Positions 1-14,630 are shown, counted from the first letter of the stretch. The stretch is DNA of 64,000 bases from Octopus vulgaris (GCA_951406725.2 OX597830.1:37944001-38008000), one strand, 5' to 3'. Notes: generated by a model from the sequence alone, not told the origin. A program made the numbers and translations.

Positions 1-253
1 ATGTACATAGCAACACCTCCATGACTCCTTTCTTTCCTGTCGGTCCGTAGTACAGCATACTGTGGTATGTGTAACTCCGCATCTGCTATGTCCGGTTTCA
101 GGTGCGTTTCTGTAAGTGCTATGCATAAGGCTTGATTGCATGCAACAAAGTCTCTCAGGAACGGGATCTTTGTCCTGTTACTGAGTGTTTGCAGTCCTCT
201 GATGTTCAGTAGGAGTATCGAGGTGAGGTGTACGTTGTTGCCGGCGGTGTCCA
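1..253 (-). mobile_element. CR1/L2-type LINE ORF2 N-terminus (APE endonuclease), runs off the window
   Basis: Manual minus-strand translation HLTSILLLNIRGLQTLSNRTKIPFLRDFVACNQALCIALTETHLKPDIADAELHIPQYAVLRTDRKERSHGGVAMY contains the APE motifs NxRGL, LTETHL and RxDR...GGVAxY. Confidence 0.9.
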
Positions 254-280
254 TCCTGTGGACACCGCCGGCAATATAAT

Positions 281-530
281 AAACGCGCTCTTTGAAAGCC
301 TAGCCAGGCTCATGGGCCCGGTTTCCCGGTTTCAATGGCGTATGTCTTCCCCAGCTCGACGGGATTCCAGTCCATCGCAGCGTTACTCATTTTTGCCAGC
401 TGAGTGGACTGGAGCATCGTGTAATGAAGTGTTTTGCTCAAGAACACAACGCGTCGCCCGGTCCAGAAATCGAAACCACAATCTTACGATCATGATGCTG
501 ACATCCTAACTACTAAACCACGCGCCTCCA

Positions 531-531
<1 letters not shown>
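281..531 (-). mobile_element. tRNA-derived SINE (family A)
   Basis: Reverse complement starts ggaggcgcgtggtttagtagttagg (A-box), then ggtttcgatttc (B-box-like) and gtgttcttgagcaaaacactt. A homologous copy lies at 7657-7908. Confidence 0.85.
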
Positions 532-605
<74 letters not shown>

Positions 606-619
606 CCATGTAATATGCG

Positions 620-668
<49 letters not shown>

Positions 669-1062
669 CATTATGTTATTTAATATCATAAAGGGAAAAT
701 TTTAAAATAGCTCGTACGTTTTCATAATACAATGCAACGTTTTTAGAAGGAACGAAAAAGGGGAGCTTGTTTCAGTACGTAAGCAATAGTCAATAAGTAA
801 CCATTTCTAATCGAGAAACAATGCTAATTACTAATATAGAAACTATATCTTACAATAGTATTTTTGAGGTTATTTGTTCTTTACTATACAAAATGAAATG
901 AACAGAAAACAACAGAAAGCCCACGAATTAGGAAATCGGCGTTGAAATGTGATGTACGGAAGAGTAAAGCAGCAACTAATTAAATTTTTTACTGCCTGCA
1001 TGATCATTATCTCTATATACAAATTAATGATAATATCAATTATAATGGCAATAATAATATTT

Positions 1063-1064
<2 letters not shown>

Positions 1065-1131
<67 letters not shown>
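1065..1131. repeat. (TAA)n microsatellite
   Basis: Direct reading. Confidence 0.95.
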
Positions 1132-1132
<1 letters not shown>

Positions 1133-2394
1133 GATAGTGACTATAACAAATAATGGAGTTAACAATTAAACAAGAACAAAATTAATAATTGATTAAAATT
1201 TTTGTTTCCTTGTCATTTTTGTGATTTTTCGGTAAATTTGAATAATCAAATTTGAATGGGAATTAGAGACAAAATGTCCACATGAAATCGGATAGAAATT
1301 AAACATAATTAATTAATTATAATTCTAAATCTGAAATGACAAAGAAACTGACAGAGAAATCGATAATATATTATTGACTATCGTGTGGTGGAATTGGCTG
1401 ACCAACTAATATATCAGTGCATGGGGTTTTCTTTATTTACCATTGGAATAGTTTAGTCCCCTAGCTTCTAAATTGACCTTACATTGAGGTTTTCTTATTG
1501 CATCCATTCCTAGGACAATGAATATGTAATATGGTCCATTTGGCGAACGATATTATCCATTTCAAAATATTTCATAATCGCTCTTCTTTTGTATGTGAAC
1601 AACAAATAGTGCTAATTTAATAATTTCACAACAAATTCACCATCATTTATAAAAAAAAAAATTGATTTTTCTGGTAGAATAGCTCAAGCAAAATATATAG
1701 AGGAGACTAAGTCAGCAATGCGACACAATATCATAAAAATGACAACATATCAAAATATGCTAAAAACACAGTTAAATAAATGCATTTTCGACATCTATAG
1801 CAAATAATATAAAAGCAACATTTTATAAATACCATAACTGGAAGCACGAATGCTAGCTTGCAGTTTAATGCGTAATCGTATACAGAAAGTACTGGCTGGA
1901 GAAATGCAGATAAATACAATTTAATACGGCAAAGTATTAAGCTCGAAATTAGCGCCAAGACTTGCTGTCTTCTGCTTTTTGCCTTTTTACTTTGCTATTT
2001 TGCACTTTCATCAAGATATTTCGCCATATTGCTTTAAAATTTAGCCATAATTTATCTTCTGTCTAAGTATTGGAAACTTGGATTGCATTAACAATCGCAT
2101 TCACTTTCATCGATAACAACACTTTCTTTCTTAATGCTCTCTCACACACGAACGCACGCACCCACATACATAAGTACACACGCACACACTCATACAAACT
2201 CACACACATGCTGATAAATACCATTTTACTCATTCACATCTCCATATGTTAAGTGAACTACACATACATCACCACACTAGGGCATGCACCTCTATTTCTG
2301 AAAATAGACACATTAATACAACTTTGCACAAAGTTCTCTGTGCAAACCCTACGCTCCCATACATACATGACTGTACATATACAATGCTAGTTAA

Positions 2395-2610
2395 CCCATT
2401 AAGTCCCACTGTCCTATAAATAGGACACTAAATGAGAACATTAAATAAGCTATATCACATTGTCTATTTATAGGACACCGAGTATTTCCATTTCTAATTG
2501 AAGTAAATGAGTTTTAATTTTTTTTTTTTCATTTCAACTTATTTTCCATCATCTTCTGTAAACATTTAAAAGTGATATTCAGAAATTTAAGTACGCTGGG
2601 ACCTTATGAG
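2395..2610. mobile_element. piggyBac-like MITE
   Basis: TTAA at 2391-2394 and 2611-2614. Imperfect TIRs cccattaagtccca vs rc ctcataaggtccca (11/14). No ORF. Confidence 0.6.
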
Positions 2611-4439
2611 TTAATGCATACAAAGCCATATTTATATACGCAAAAATATGTGGTTCTCACGTCAAAAGTGTAAATTTGTTTTTGTAATCTATATTCGGAA
2701 GGAGCCTTGTAACTTTGTTCGAAACCAGTTCCTTCCTTACAGGAAGACTTCAAATATTTACAGATAAAAGAGAGTAGACACATGTGCACACACACACACA
2801 CGTACATACACACAGAGGGGCGCGCACACACACGAACACAAACACATATATATAGAATTATATGCATACATGCTTATATGTGTACTCCACATTTGCTCAC
2901 GATTTTTTGTGTCTAAAACACTACCAGACACTTTCCTGTTCCACCTACTTCCGTTTCCATTCACCGTTTTTTTCTGACATAACAACACCTGCCTCTACTG
3001 TACACAAAATTCCTTTCATATATCTTTTTAATATTCCCACTGACGTATTGCTGTCCAAAACGCAGTAAGCAGTGCCATGACGTGATATAAATGGCAACAA
3101 AATTGTGTTAAATTCCTCCGATTTACACACTTAGAAAAAGGTTAAACATTCGATAAGAGGGTTCCACATAAATTATGTAAAATAGATAATCACTGACCGT
3201 AAGCATTTCATCATATGTATCCTAGATTAGGATATTTAGGTCAACAAAGCAAACAATCTGAAAAGTGATTTGAAGATTCCGTGATTCATCTGAGTGGTAA
3301 ATTTCGCTGCCGAAAAGAAATGAATAGACTATCTTACAATTAATTTTATAAGGGCTCCGCAAATATTTCATATGTTATGTTAAAGAGTTTTATATTGCCA
3401 GTCTAATTTCGATGAAAAAGTTAACAATGCCTTCGTAATAGAATTCTTTCTTGTGGTGATCTTTCTGTAGTCGGAAAAACAAGTTCATTATAGGAGTCAT
3501 TCTAATTGGTTACTCGTCTTCAGTATTTCTTTGTGGCTTCGTTTCTATGATGGAAATAAATTTTATAGGTAATCTTAATATCCAACTCAACCTGAGCGTC
3601 ATTTTAGAACGCCGAATGCTGAGGTATTAGCCTTATGTAATCCTTTCATATTGGTGCATAAAATGACAGATATTAATCGTAGCAAACGAGAATCCTCAGT
3701 TATGGACCCCTTAACTGACAAAGAACGTGGTTTCTGTCTACTGGACTTCCTCAATGGCAGACATCCACTCACCGCATACCAGCAAAATACCACTGACAAC
3801 ATATGTACAATTTCAGCGACCTTTACAATCACCGGTGTCGCAAATAGCTAGCAGGCTTATCAAAAGTAATTGCATGCAATGGAAGTAGTATTCATATCAT
3901 ATGGTAATCTTTATGTCCAACACAACGTAGATCTCTTGTGAGAACAACTAACACTGTGGCATTAGATTTGAGAATTCTTCTGAAAATTCCTTGAGAATTC
4001 CTTGCATGGTGCATAAATTCATAGACATAACTTGTAACAGGTGTAAATCGTCTGTCATGAGCGATGGAACTGCCAAATGCGCTCCTGCCTCTAATAATTA
4101 TCAATCTAATAAATGTTTCTATATTTTCCCTTGTATTTGATCCCTAATGTTTTCAGTAATAAGAAAAGCCTACATATATTTACTCTATATGATCATTCGT
4201 GAATTTTTAAGTGACATGCAGAATGGATTAGTGATTCTTCTCACTAATTTACATTACTAATTACTTAATTGCTTTGGCGAACAGATTATCCTGTTGTCAT
4301 GGTTCTTCCTTATTTCATTATATATATATCAATTTGATCAAATACAACTATACAGCTTATTAATGGCAGCTTGGATACGATTGGGCGAACCAGATCGTAT
4401 CCGAACTCGCACTAAAGCAGTTTATAAGATGCATTTTAT

Positions 4440-4537
4440 GAAACTAAGATCAGACCTGATAACCATTTTGAAAACGTTCATTTTAGGCGAAACTAAGATC
4501 AGACCTGATAACCATTTTGAAAACGTTCATTTTAGGC
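4440..4537. repeat. 49-bp tandem duplication
   Basis: gaaactaagatcagacctgataaccattttgaaaacgttcattttaggc occurs twice in tandem. Confidence 0.9.
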
Positions 4538-4814
4538 ATGGGCACATGTATATTTGTTACTCTAACACTATGTTTAAATTATTAAGCCTTTTTTCAAGAT
4601 ATGTACCAGGAATAAATCTCCTTCGAAAAGTACTGTTAAAACAAGATAATTATTCATATTCGTCTCAAAGACGAAAAGCAGGTTAATTCGATGTTTTGAA
4701 GGTAGCTAATTTGTTGATAGCATGTGTTGGAATATATTTACAATGTATTCCACTGTGAAAGGCAGTATGGCTTGTGTGGTTAACTATCAATGGACGAAAA
4801 CTGAATGTAAATAT

Positions 4815-5272
4815 ACGACTCTGCCAGCTCGCAGACTTGCCACCGCCTTAATAATGATAATCATTTCTGCTATTGCCTGAAATTTTCGTGGGTGAAGGAT
4901 AGTCAATTACATCGACCTCAGTACTTAATCGGTATTTATTTCATCGACTCCGAAATGACGAAATGTAAACATGGCGGAATTTGAACTCCGAATTTCAAGC
5001 CGAAAGAAATACTGCGAAGCATATTGTCCAGCGTGCTAACGATTCTGCCAGCTCGCTGCCTTCACAATAATTTTGGCACAAGGCCAGCAATTTCATGAGA
5101 GTGGGTAAGCGATTATATCAACTCCAATATTCAACTAATACTTATGTTATCGACCTCGAAAGGATGAAATGTAAGGTCGACCTCGGCAGAATTTGAACTA
5201 TAAATGTAAAGACAGACGAAATACTGCTAAGCATTTTGCCCGGCGTGCTAACATTTCTGCCAGCTCGCCACC
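4815..5272 (-). mobile_element. Stacked decayed copies of tRNA-derived SINE family B
   Basis: Repeated tctgccagctcgc, atcgacc.cgaaaggatgaaa and gaatttgaact modules. Homologous to 24480-25000, 35661-35877 and 45088-45300. Confidence 0.8.
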
Positions 5273-7656
5273 ATGGAAATAAAGAAAATATTATCAAAAG
5301 AGGTACAAGACACAAATACGATGTTGAAGAATTCTTTATTGTATCAAGACTAAAGCTACGAGCACAAAGAGCATCCGAAAAATTTATTCCCTTCTTAAAT
5401 ATATCGTTGAAAAACACACTCTATCATTTGGTTTCCAAAAGTGGTACTTATTCTCTTAGTCTTTTCGGCCACTGCTAAATGGGTCTCCTTTCTACTGATT
5501 CATCTCGTATCTCTTCTGATTCATCTCATTGGTTCATCTCATATCACACGTGATGTCAGGCAACGTTTATTTACTCGTTTTTTATCATCATCCATTATAT
5601 GTCCAGTTTGCGGTATCTCCCCCTCCCCCTCTCTCTCTGCCTCTATCAGTCTGTCTCTCTGTCTGTCTGTTTGGCTCTCTCTGAAAATCTTTACTATAGC
5701 CATTTCTTCTCGGTGTGACAGCTCTTTAGAATTTTTTTAATGTACATATTTACCTGCGGTCGATTTGTAGCGGTGTAGATTAAGCATTAATGAACTACCT
5801 TACCTCAAATTTTTAGGTAAGTTGATTCAATGAAGAAATCAATGAAAGAAGGATTATACTTGCCTAGCATGTATTTTTTAGTATTGTGAAAGCAAAAATA
5901 ATAGAAAGTAAAAAGAATAAAGCATATAATACAGAAAATAATCTAGTTCAGCACTTTGTTAATGCCAACGCAGTCTACCTTTACATTGTCACTGTTACTT
6001 TCAAAGCGAAACATGAAAATACGACGCTGTTGATTCGAAAATTTAAAGTATGTTACAAAACAGTGTACGGGATATATTCCGCGTCCTACTTCTGCATCAG
6101 TGCCTTTTATTTATGCATTTATATTCAAGTATATAACTCTCAAAAACAAGACCATTTGCATATTGTATGCAAGAAGACCCAACTTTTCTAATGGCGTTTA
6201 TATTTTCCATCGCATAACATGAATGATTAAGATAATATCACATGATTTTAACGATGCCTTTATGTAGAGTAACGATTTTAATGCCATTATTTTAAAGTTT
6301 CTGTTTCTCCATAGCCTTAAGTCTGAAGATTTGGAATCAGTAATTATAAAATATCACTGCAAAATAAATAAATAAATAAAACAATATGGCATCGAAAGGT
6401 ATTCTCTCCAAATAAAAATTTCAGTTTCTAGAAACTACAATAAGAGCCAGAAGCATAATTTTGTATAGGATTTTGAAGTTCTTATTCATATTTCACATTA
6501 ATGGATGTACACATATTTCTAATAAAAAAAAATGAAGTATGTGTTTGGGGAAAAATGTACATTAAAATTTTGTTGAAATGAAATACATCATATTGAAAGA
6601 AAAAAAAGCTCATGTTTTATTTATAGGTCTGAAAGAGAAAATAAAAACTGTGCTTCATAAATATGGAAAATATTTTTAAAAAATTGTAAATGAAAAGTAT
6701 ATTCAAAGCCTTGAAAGTGCCATAAAATATTTAAAGTGTACCCATTGGCAGAAGTAAAAGTAAAGGTGACTAAGACCATTTCAACGAGAAATAAAAGAGT
6801 CTGTTCAAATTCTTTATACATGTATATATTATGTTGTATATAGTTTATGGTAGGAAACATTTTATATTTATTTAAATTCTTGCACCTACACAATAGCTAA
6901 GCCATTTTTCAGGAACATTAACTATTGTTAATATATTTGTTCTTAAAAGTTATTTTTACCTATCATTTGTCTAAACTATATTCAAAAGTGATAGTAGACA
7001 CTAGGGCATATGAAATATGCACAGATACATACACAATATACATACATACGTATGTGCTTCCATACATTTATACACACACGCATATATATATTTTACATAC
7101 GTATTTACATTTATACATACATACACATTAAGCTATACATATAATGTATGTAGGTATGCTTTAGATTCGCAAGATTTAAAGTTTCGTCCATGTCATCTGA
7201 GGCTAGGAGTAGTGTCTGTAGATATCCATTTGATCACTAAATGAAGTAACAATGAAAGTAAAGAACTCAACTACGCAGGGTACCTTGCGACAATGGAACA
7301 TTTATTGTTCATTTGCTCAGATGATGGCAGTTGTGATATCAGTAAGAGGTATAATGCTATTTTCAAATTTCGAACGGATAAGTAAACTAATTCTAGGTTT
7401 GATGATTTCAAAATGCGAAAGAATCATCCGCAATATTTGCAAGCACATTATTTAGTCAAAATGCGTATCTGTATCTCTGTTTGCGTGTCTGTATATGTGA
7501 GCGCGTGTGTTCATGTACACGCATACTGCTCTATTTCCAATGCATACATCTACTAATGGAAGATTTAATTTTTTAAATTTCTCCATTTCAGTGCATACAA
7601 TGGAGTTGCCGAGATTACATCAAGTCGTATTACATCGAGAAAAAAAAATAATGATA

Positions 7657-7908
7657 AATGCGCACTTTTAAAGCCTTAGCAAAGCTCATGGACCCGGTTT
7701 CCCGGTTTCAATGGCGTATGTGTTCCCCGGCTGCACGGGACGCCAGTCCTTCGCAGCGTTATTCATTTTTGCCAACTGATTGAACTGGAGCAACGTGAAA
7801 GGAAGTGTTTTGCTCAAGAACACAACACGTCGCCCGGCCGAGGAATCGAAACCACGATCTTACGATCACGATGCAGACACCCTAACAACTAAGCCACGCG
7901 CCTCCACC
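7657..7908 (-). mobile_element. tRNA-derived SINE (family A)
   Basis: Collinear with 281-531. Confidence 0.85.
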
Positions 7909-7996
7909 GTATTACATTTATAATCAAGGTTACATCTAAGATGCTAATTAATTCTATGGTGTATATACAAACACACAGACACACACAGACACACAG

Positions 7997-8067
<71 letters not shown>

Positions 8068-8767
8068 CACGGGCGTGTATGATTGTGTATAGAAGAATGT
8101 TACTCAAAAAATATTTTTCCAACTTTGATTTTCACGTGTTATTTACAATCTTATAATGACATAATATAATATAATATGATGAAATGATAGAATATTAAAT
8201 GTCCATTCTGATTGAACTAGTACTTCCATGCATTAAACTATGCAATTCATGTATGTTTTACAATTGACAACTATATCCACACAGAGATACACACACAGTC
8301 TCAAGGCACATATATACATCGATCTAACTACCTATTCATCTGTCTCTCTCTGTCTGTCGTCTCTCTCTCCCTCTCTCTCTCTCTCTGTATGTATATATAT
8401 ATATAGTTATTCAGACGCACACGCGAGCACGCACACGCACACAAGCAAACACACACACACACATGCACACATACACTTCAAACTGGATGTGGCAGTGTGG
8501 CGCTTGAAACCGAAGTTGCAAGATGTTGCGGTGAAAATTATTTGGGTACTGGTGTTGGAATATTATCCAAATCAAACAAATAATATGTCGGTCAGTGTAT
8601 TGTGTTCTTGAGCAGGACGTGTGAGCGCGTGCATGTGATGTGAACAGATGTATGTGTCTGAGTTTGTGTGAGTTCTTAAAGAAGGAAAGAGTGTTAAAGA
8701 ACGAGACGTTTAGAAAATGAGAAGCCGATGAACATGCGAAAAACCATAAACAAGTAAGTATAACGTT

Positions 8768-9032
8768 CTGTTGTGTCTGGGGAGAGTCATTTTCTTATTG
8801 TGCCTTATAATGTAACACACTCACCGGTAAAATTTCCACTTATTTCTTATTTTATTTTCCTAAATGTTTCATTGCATCTTGCAACATTTTCAATAGTCTT
8901 GACTATTGAAAAGGTTGCGAGGCGCAACGAAAATTTTAGGAAGATAAACATAAGTAATAAGTGGAAATTTTACCGGTGAGTGTGTTACATTATAAGGCAC
9001 AAAAAGAAAATGACTCTCCCCAGACACAACAG
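8768..9032. mobile_element. Palindromic PLE-derived element with an HHR-like motif on each arm
   Basis: Near-perfect ~265-bp inverted repeat centred on caatagtcttgactattg. A single-arm homolog lies at about 29450-29578. Confidence 0.75.
8903..8939 (+). ncRNA. Minimal type I hammerhead-like motif, U3:A8 core variant
   Basis: CUA-UUGAAAA-G-GUUGCG agg CGCAAC-GAA-AAUU-U-UAG. Mirror copy on the minus strand at 8860-8896. Confidence 0.55.
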
Positions 9033-9512
9033 GATATGCTTCAACACACGAACTCAAATGACGAATCTTGCAAACCAAATCCAACAAGGAAATATAAGTA
9101 TAACATTGCTATTCAGAAAAGCTAGCAAAAGATACATAAAAAAATAGACTTAACAGTCGGTCGCCTGATATGAAATGCAAACAAACACAAAAAATGTATG
9201 TGCGTACACACTAACACTCCCAAACACATACACCACACTCACATACAGACATACGCACACATACATTGTTTTAATTGAAATAATTGAACACACACATTTT
9301 TTCAAAAGCGATTTTCAACAATAGTAAATGAATAGTATTCAACTATGTATTGAATAAGATCCGTAGTGTCAGCGAAATTGTGAGCAGATTTCTATTTTAA
9401 ATTACGATCTTCTGGAAATATCTGCAGCGTCATCATTCTTTCAAATTGACTGTCGGTTTTCGCTAATCTACAGAAACAGGTAATGCAGTGACAGCAGGAT
9501 AGTTTGGTTGTC

Positions 9513-9526
9513 GTTACCATGGGAAC
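9513..9526. promoter_or_regulatory. RFX X-box-like motif
   Basis: gttaccatgggaac fits the GTTNCC-AT-GGNAAC consensus and lies in apparently unique sequence. Confidence 0.35.
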
Positions 9527-10654
9527 AGATGTGGATTTACATACATATTCATAACATTTATCACAGACGTTGTTCTTTCATACCATATCACTCCGATGAA
9601 GCAAACCCTTTATCAACGGCATTATAATTATCATCACTCAGGCAGTTGGTTTGTATGGAGAATTACGTTTCGAAAGCCCAAAATGCATTTTTCATATATG
9701 AGGCGATGTTGAGGAACAGTTGGCTAGGGTTGTACCAGCTTCTCGACTCTGTAGAGGCAGAAAAGTATTGGAATGTGGAAACGAGATTATAATACGGTGA
9801 GGATAGAATGACTATGAAAACATGTTTATTTGATTTCACATCCTCCAAGAAATGGCTACAAATGTATCAGAACGCATAGACCATAAAACAGAAACGGACA
9901 TAATGATAACCTAGACAGTGATGAAATATGCCAGAACAGAGAACACGACCAAAGTTAGATTGATTTCTATCTGGCTAAATTTAGCCCAAACAAAAAACAT
10001 TTACAGATTTGCCACAATATGTGGAATTTTAATCAGTTCTACTATGTTAATATGATTCAAATTATTCCCTTCAATACATAAATTCAATAAATAATACATT
10101 TCCGTTACAATGATTCTTTTATTATGTTTTGGATTTGATTTCTTTCAATAGATTATTGAAATTGCAGATCCATATAGTTGTATAGATTACAAGTGTGATC
10201 CAAAAACAAGTGTTAGCAGCTTCAATTAATGGGTATGGCCCTTAGAATTATATGTTATTTTTCTCTGTTCTAAGATTTAAGCTAATAAAGTATTTGTTAA
10301 ACTTTACTCCTCCTCTGCTGTCACTTTCCTTGAATTTATTGCCTACTGAGTACATATATAGATACATATATACACAAACCTATATGCACAGACACTCGTT
10401 CTCTCCCTCTCTCTCTCTCTCACACACACACAAGCATATAGATAGATGCAAACGTAAATATGCATACATACATTTGTATGTGTGTGTGTGTTTTTGCGTT
10501 CGTATGTATGTGCACACGTGTATTCGCCGAGGAAAACAAGTTACTAAGACACTGAACTTATTTGAGGTGCATAGAATTCAACATTCCTTTATCACTTTAG
10601 CTGCTAGCGAAGCAATGGCCTAGTGTCTTCTCCGTTGGGATAGTTCCTTCCTTC

Positions 10655-10905
10655 TCGAGCCATGCCTGGCTCATAAGGACCGGTTTCCCGGTGTCCTTGT
10701 CGTATAGGTTCCCTACCTCTATGGGACGCCGGTCCATCCCAGGTGAGCTGCAAGATGCAGGAGGAAAGATTGAGAGAAAGTTGCGGCGAAAGAGTCAGCA
10801 GAAGTTCGCCATTATCTTCTGTCGGAGCCGCGTAGAGTTTAGGTGTTTCGCTCATAAACACACACATCGCCCGGTCTGAGATTCGAACCCGCGATCCCTC
10901 GCCAT
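10655..10905 (-). mobile_element. SINE related to family A (variant body)
   Basis: Shares ggaccggtttcccgg and cgcccggtc...ttcgaacc with family A. Confidence 0.65.
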
Positions 10906-11800
10906 ATGCCTCTACGTTGGGATAGCATAATTGGCGTGTAGTTTATTCACGATTTGCAGTACGTATTGTATGAAATACATTTTCTATCATACCATTCATA
11001 CATTTTCGAAAGTCATGTGAAATTATACTCACTATTCTTCTCATGCTATATGCTAGATCACAAATTAAGATATTTTATATCTAAAGATGGGTAAAGAAAC
11101 TACTGTGTTAATGGCACTAAGTGAAGCAGAAAAAGTGTTCAGAACTTTCTTCTTGTCTGCTCCCGATAATATTGTCTTTTCGTGAATGGCATATCAATTT
11201 TGGGCAATTAATTTATTTTTGAGATAATCATCGCTACTTATTTGGCTTCGCCACCAATTAAAACGAAGTGATTACTGTGCATTCCATGGAAAAAAGACAT
11301 ATTTTCAATAAATCAGAAGCTTATCTTCAGTGGAGTTTACATAACCTTATTCGATTTCCCTGTGCCAATACATGCCACTGGCCTCTCATTGCTTCTTTTC
11401 GAAATGCACTCACGCTCTCATACAGGCGCGCGCACACACAGACACACACGTACATGTATACACACATATGCATGTACGTTCGTATGTATAGATTTTTGTG
11501 CGCATAAGCACGAATATAAGTTCATAGATAGGGTTCGTTATCCAGGATGAGCCTTGTATGCAACAACAATGTAGTTAGTTTTACATTATGAATGATGACC
11601 AGTCTAGTAACAGTTTTACGTGCTGGTTACTAGGAAAGCTGGACAAAGGCATCATACACGATGCCAAGGTGCACTCCCTTGCGAGTGACGGCTATGGCAC
11701 TTGCTCTCCTCACTTCTCATACGAAGACTGGCGAAGACACAAGCAGGTGTATTAGTTTAACACTCGAGAAGAATATATGTATGTATATGTATAGATGTAC

Positions 11801-11892
<92 letters not shown>

Positions 11893-12344
11893 TATGAGCG
11901 TGTGTATGTGTGGTGTGTATTATCAGATTAAAACAATGCACACAAATGAAACAATAACAAGGTAAATGTCAGTCAGATAAACAATATACGAATGTAGAAG
12001 AGTAAAAATTGCAGCGAGAAATGCGTAGGGACCTAAAACAGAGCTTTCAAAAAATGCCGTAACTAAAAGTAAAGGAAAACAAAAAGGATCCGACATTTTT
12101 GAATTCGACAATGTTTCGTAGAAAATTTAACGCGAAGAGTAGCATAGGTAAAAGAAATGATAAGAAATATTAAAGTCGATTTTCTTGCATAATATATAAA
12201 AAGTGTAACTGAAATTGGGAGAGAGGGAGAGAGTGTGAGTGGGAGAGTTAGAAAAAGAGAGTGAGGGTAAGAAAGAGATTTATCGAATTTAAACGCGCAT
12301 AGATGTGCATTGGGATAGTGATATATGTCTATAAATATCTTATC

Positions 12345-12492
12345 CCCAGGTCGACTTTGCCTTTCATCCTTTCGGGGCCGATAAATTAAGTACTAGTTAC
12401 GCACTAGGGTCGATATAATCGACTTAAATTCGTTTGTCTGTTCTTGTTTGTTTCCTCTATGTTTAGCCCCTTGTGGATAGTAAAGAAACATA
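12345..12492 (+). mobile_element. SINE family B 3' fragment
   Basis: gtcgactttgcctttcatcctttcggggccgataaattaagtac...tttagccccttgtgg. Confidence 0.75.
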
Positions 12493-12675
12493 AATATCTT
12501 ATCTAACTGACACAAAGCGTGTTCACGCGCACACAAATTACACACACACACACACACACACACACATATTATGTATATGTGTATCTGTGTGTGTTTCCGC
12601 GTATTTCTGTGCGCATTCTGTTTACTTAATAGTCGATTCCATAATGCTTGTATCCAAATTAAATTACAGTAAGTA

Positions 12676-12733
<58 letters not shown>

Positions 12734-12804
12734 TAAATATACATATATATATATATTTATATATATACATACATACATAAATATACATATGTATATTTAT
12801 ATAT

Positions 12805-12849
<45 letters not shown>

Positions 12850-13714
12850 CACATAAACACACACACACACATATATATATATATAATTACATAATGGGGG
12901 CTTCAGCTGACAGTTTGATCAAGTAAGAGATAATGCATTATTAGTAAATTTCTTGAGATAGAACGTAATTCTACACATAAAAATATTAGTTCATAACCAT
13001 TTACCACGGAAGATGTGACATTGTCTCATTTTGCTTGATTATGCTATAAATTAATTAACCGTACCTTTCTTCACATTAATAACAAAAAATAACACAGTTA
13101 ATAACAAAATACGTCTTTATTGTAAAGGAGGAAATATTTTAAGAGAGAATACGTACGATTCAAAAGACAATATTAACTTTGTATATTGTTGAATAACTTT
13201 AGTGTATTGTCTATGTAATTAAGAATATTTTTCCCTGTCTGTTTACGTTGTAAATATATTTCTCACCAGAATCAACTCTGTGTTTTGGCATAGAAACTTT
13301 TGTCCTCAACACAAAATTAAGTCAATGAAAGGAATCAATCGTGTATATGCGAACTTTGACATGATGTTGCACCTTTCACATTTGCCTATCATATATAACA
13401 ATCAGACGCTATAAAAAATGTCTACCGGTGAAATGTATGAGTGAGTTTTTCCATCTCATGGGGTTGTTGATTAGCGCAAACATTTAATACCTCCGTGTAC
13501 GGTTGTTTATTCACCTTTTGTTTACAGGTTCTTTGTTTTCTTTCTTGTGTGAATTGTACAGAATAATAGTGCTTTTGAATTTTTTACAGAACTAGCAGAC
13601 AGAGCTCGCTATTCTAAGTCATCACCTTTATGATGAAAGGTAATGGCTGGTTATTATACTATATGTCTGTATGTCCGCCTATACTATACAAAATATAGTG
13701 AGCGTTTGACTGTT

Positions 13715-13760
<46 letters not shown>

Positions 13761-13926
13761 GGGATGTGTGTGTATGTGTATTTGTATATGTATGTATATG
13801 TGTGTATACATACACACATATGTATGTTCATATACGTTCTGATTTTCTATGTGGAAGGTTTGATATTTGAAAGGAGAATCCACTATGCCAGAAACCATCG
13901 GTAGCCAAGTTAACACACAAATAAAT

Positions 13927-13973
<47 letters not shown>

Positions 13974-13984
13974 CTTTTCTTTTC

Positions 13985-14630
13985 GTTTATCTTTGATGGG
14001 TTTCATCCAGAGGCTGAGGCCATGCTGGTGCATCGCCTTTACTGCACCCGGGGATTTTCCCAGCAATGCTTCCGGTGAAGCAGCGAGTTGGATGTTCCGC
14101 TCTTCACTGTGCCTCCTGCCGCAATGTGGGTTCATCCAGGATTGTAGGTAAAAAGCTGTCCCAACTATTTTGAAGACTTGTATGTCTACACCTTGCAGAT
14201 TCCTGATGTTCTTTTATAAGGCATTAAAAAGTTGTGGTTCTTTAAATCCCAAACTATTAAAATACTGGGTTCGTATACTCGATGGAGAACATGGATCTTT
14301 GGTACTGTGCAGTACCGTCCAGTTCGGGATTTTCTGTAGGTTACAATTTCAAAATTCGGAGCCAGATTCCATAATTTTCCCTATGCTCCATATTTATATC
14401 TCTCACGTCTCCTCTCCAGGGAGTAGAGTTCTAGTCCCCTGAATCTCTCCTAGTAACCCATGCGTTTTACTGAATCTATCTTCTTTGTGAAGTGGCAATG
14501 TATCGCTTCTAGTTCCGCAGACAGTTTTACACTCTCTGGGGACCACAGTTGGGAGTTATCCTATATCTTCCACATGTAATATTTAATGTAAGCGTTGACG
14601 CCGTTCGAAATAACTGAATAACCCAAGCAT
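13985..14630 (-). mobile_element. CR1/L2-type LINE ORF2 3' end, degenerate
   Basis: Minus-strand pieces YYMWKI, RTGRYCTVPKI, SLGFKEPQLFNAL*KNIRNLQGVDIQVFK and DSFLPTILDEP resemble the conserved C-terminus of this LINE group. Flanked by (TA)n. Confidence 0.75.

Noticed and set aside
3040-3092. CRE half-sites plus TATAAA as a promoter
   Set aside because: Short motifs are expected by chance in AT-rich DNA, and no linked gene is evident.
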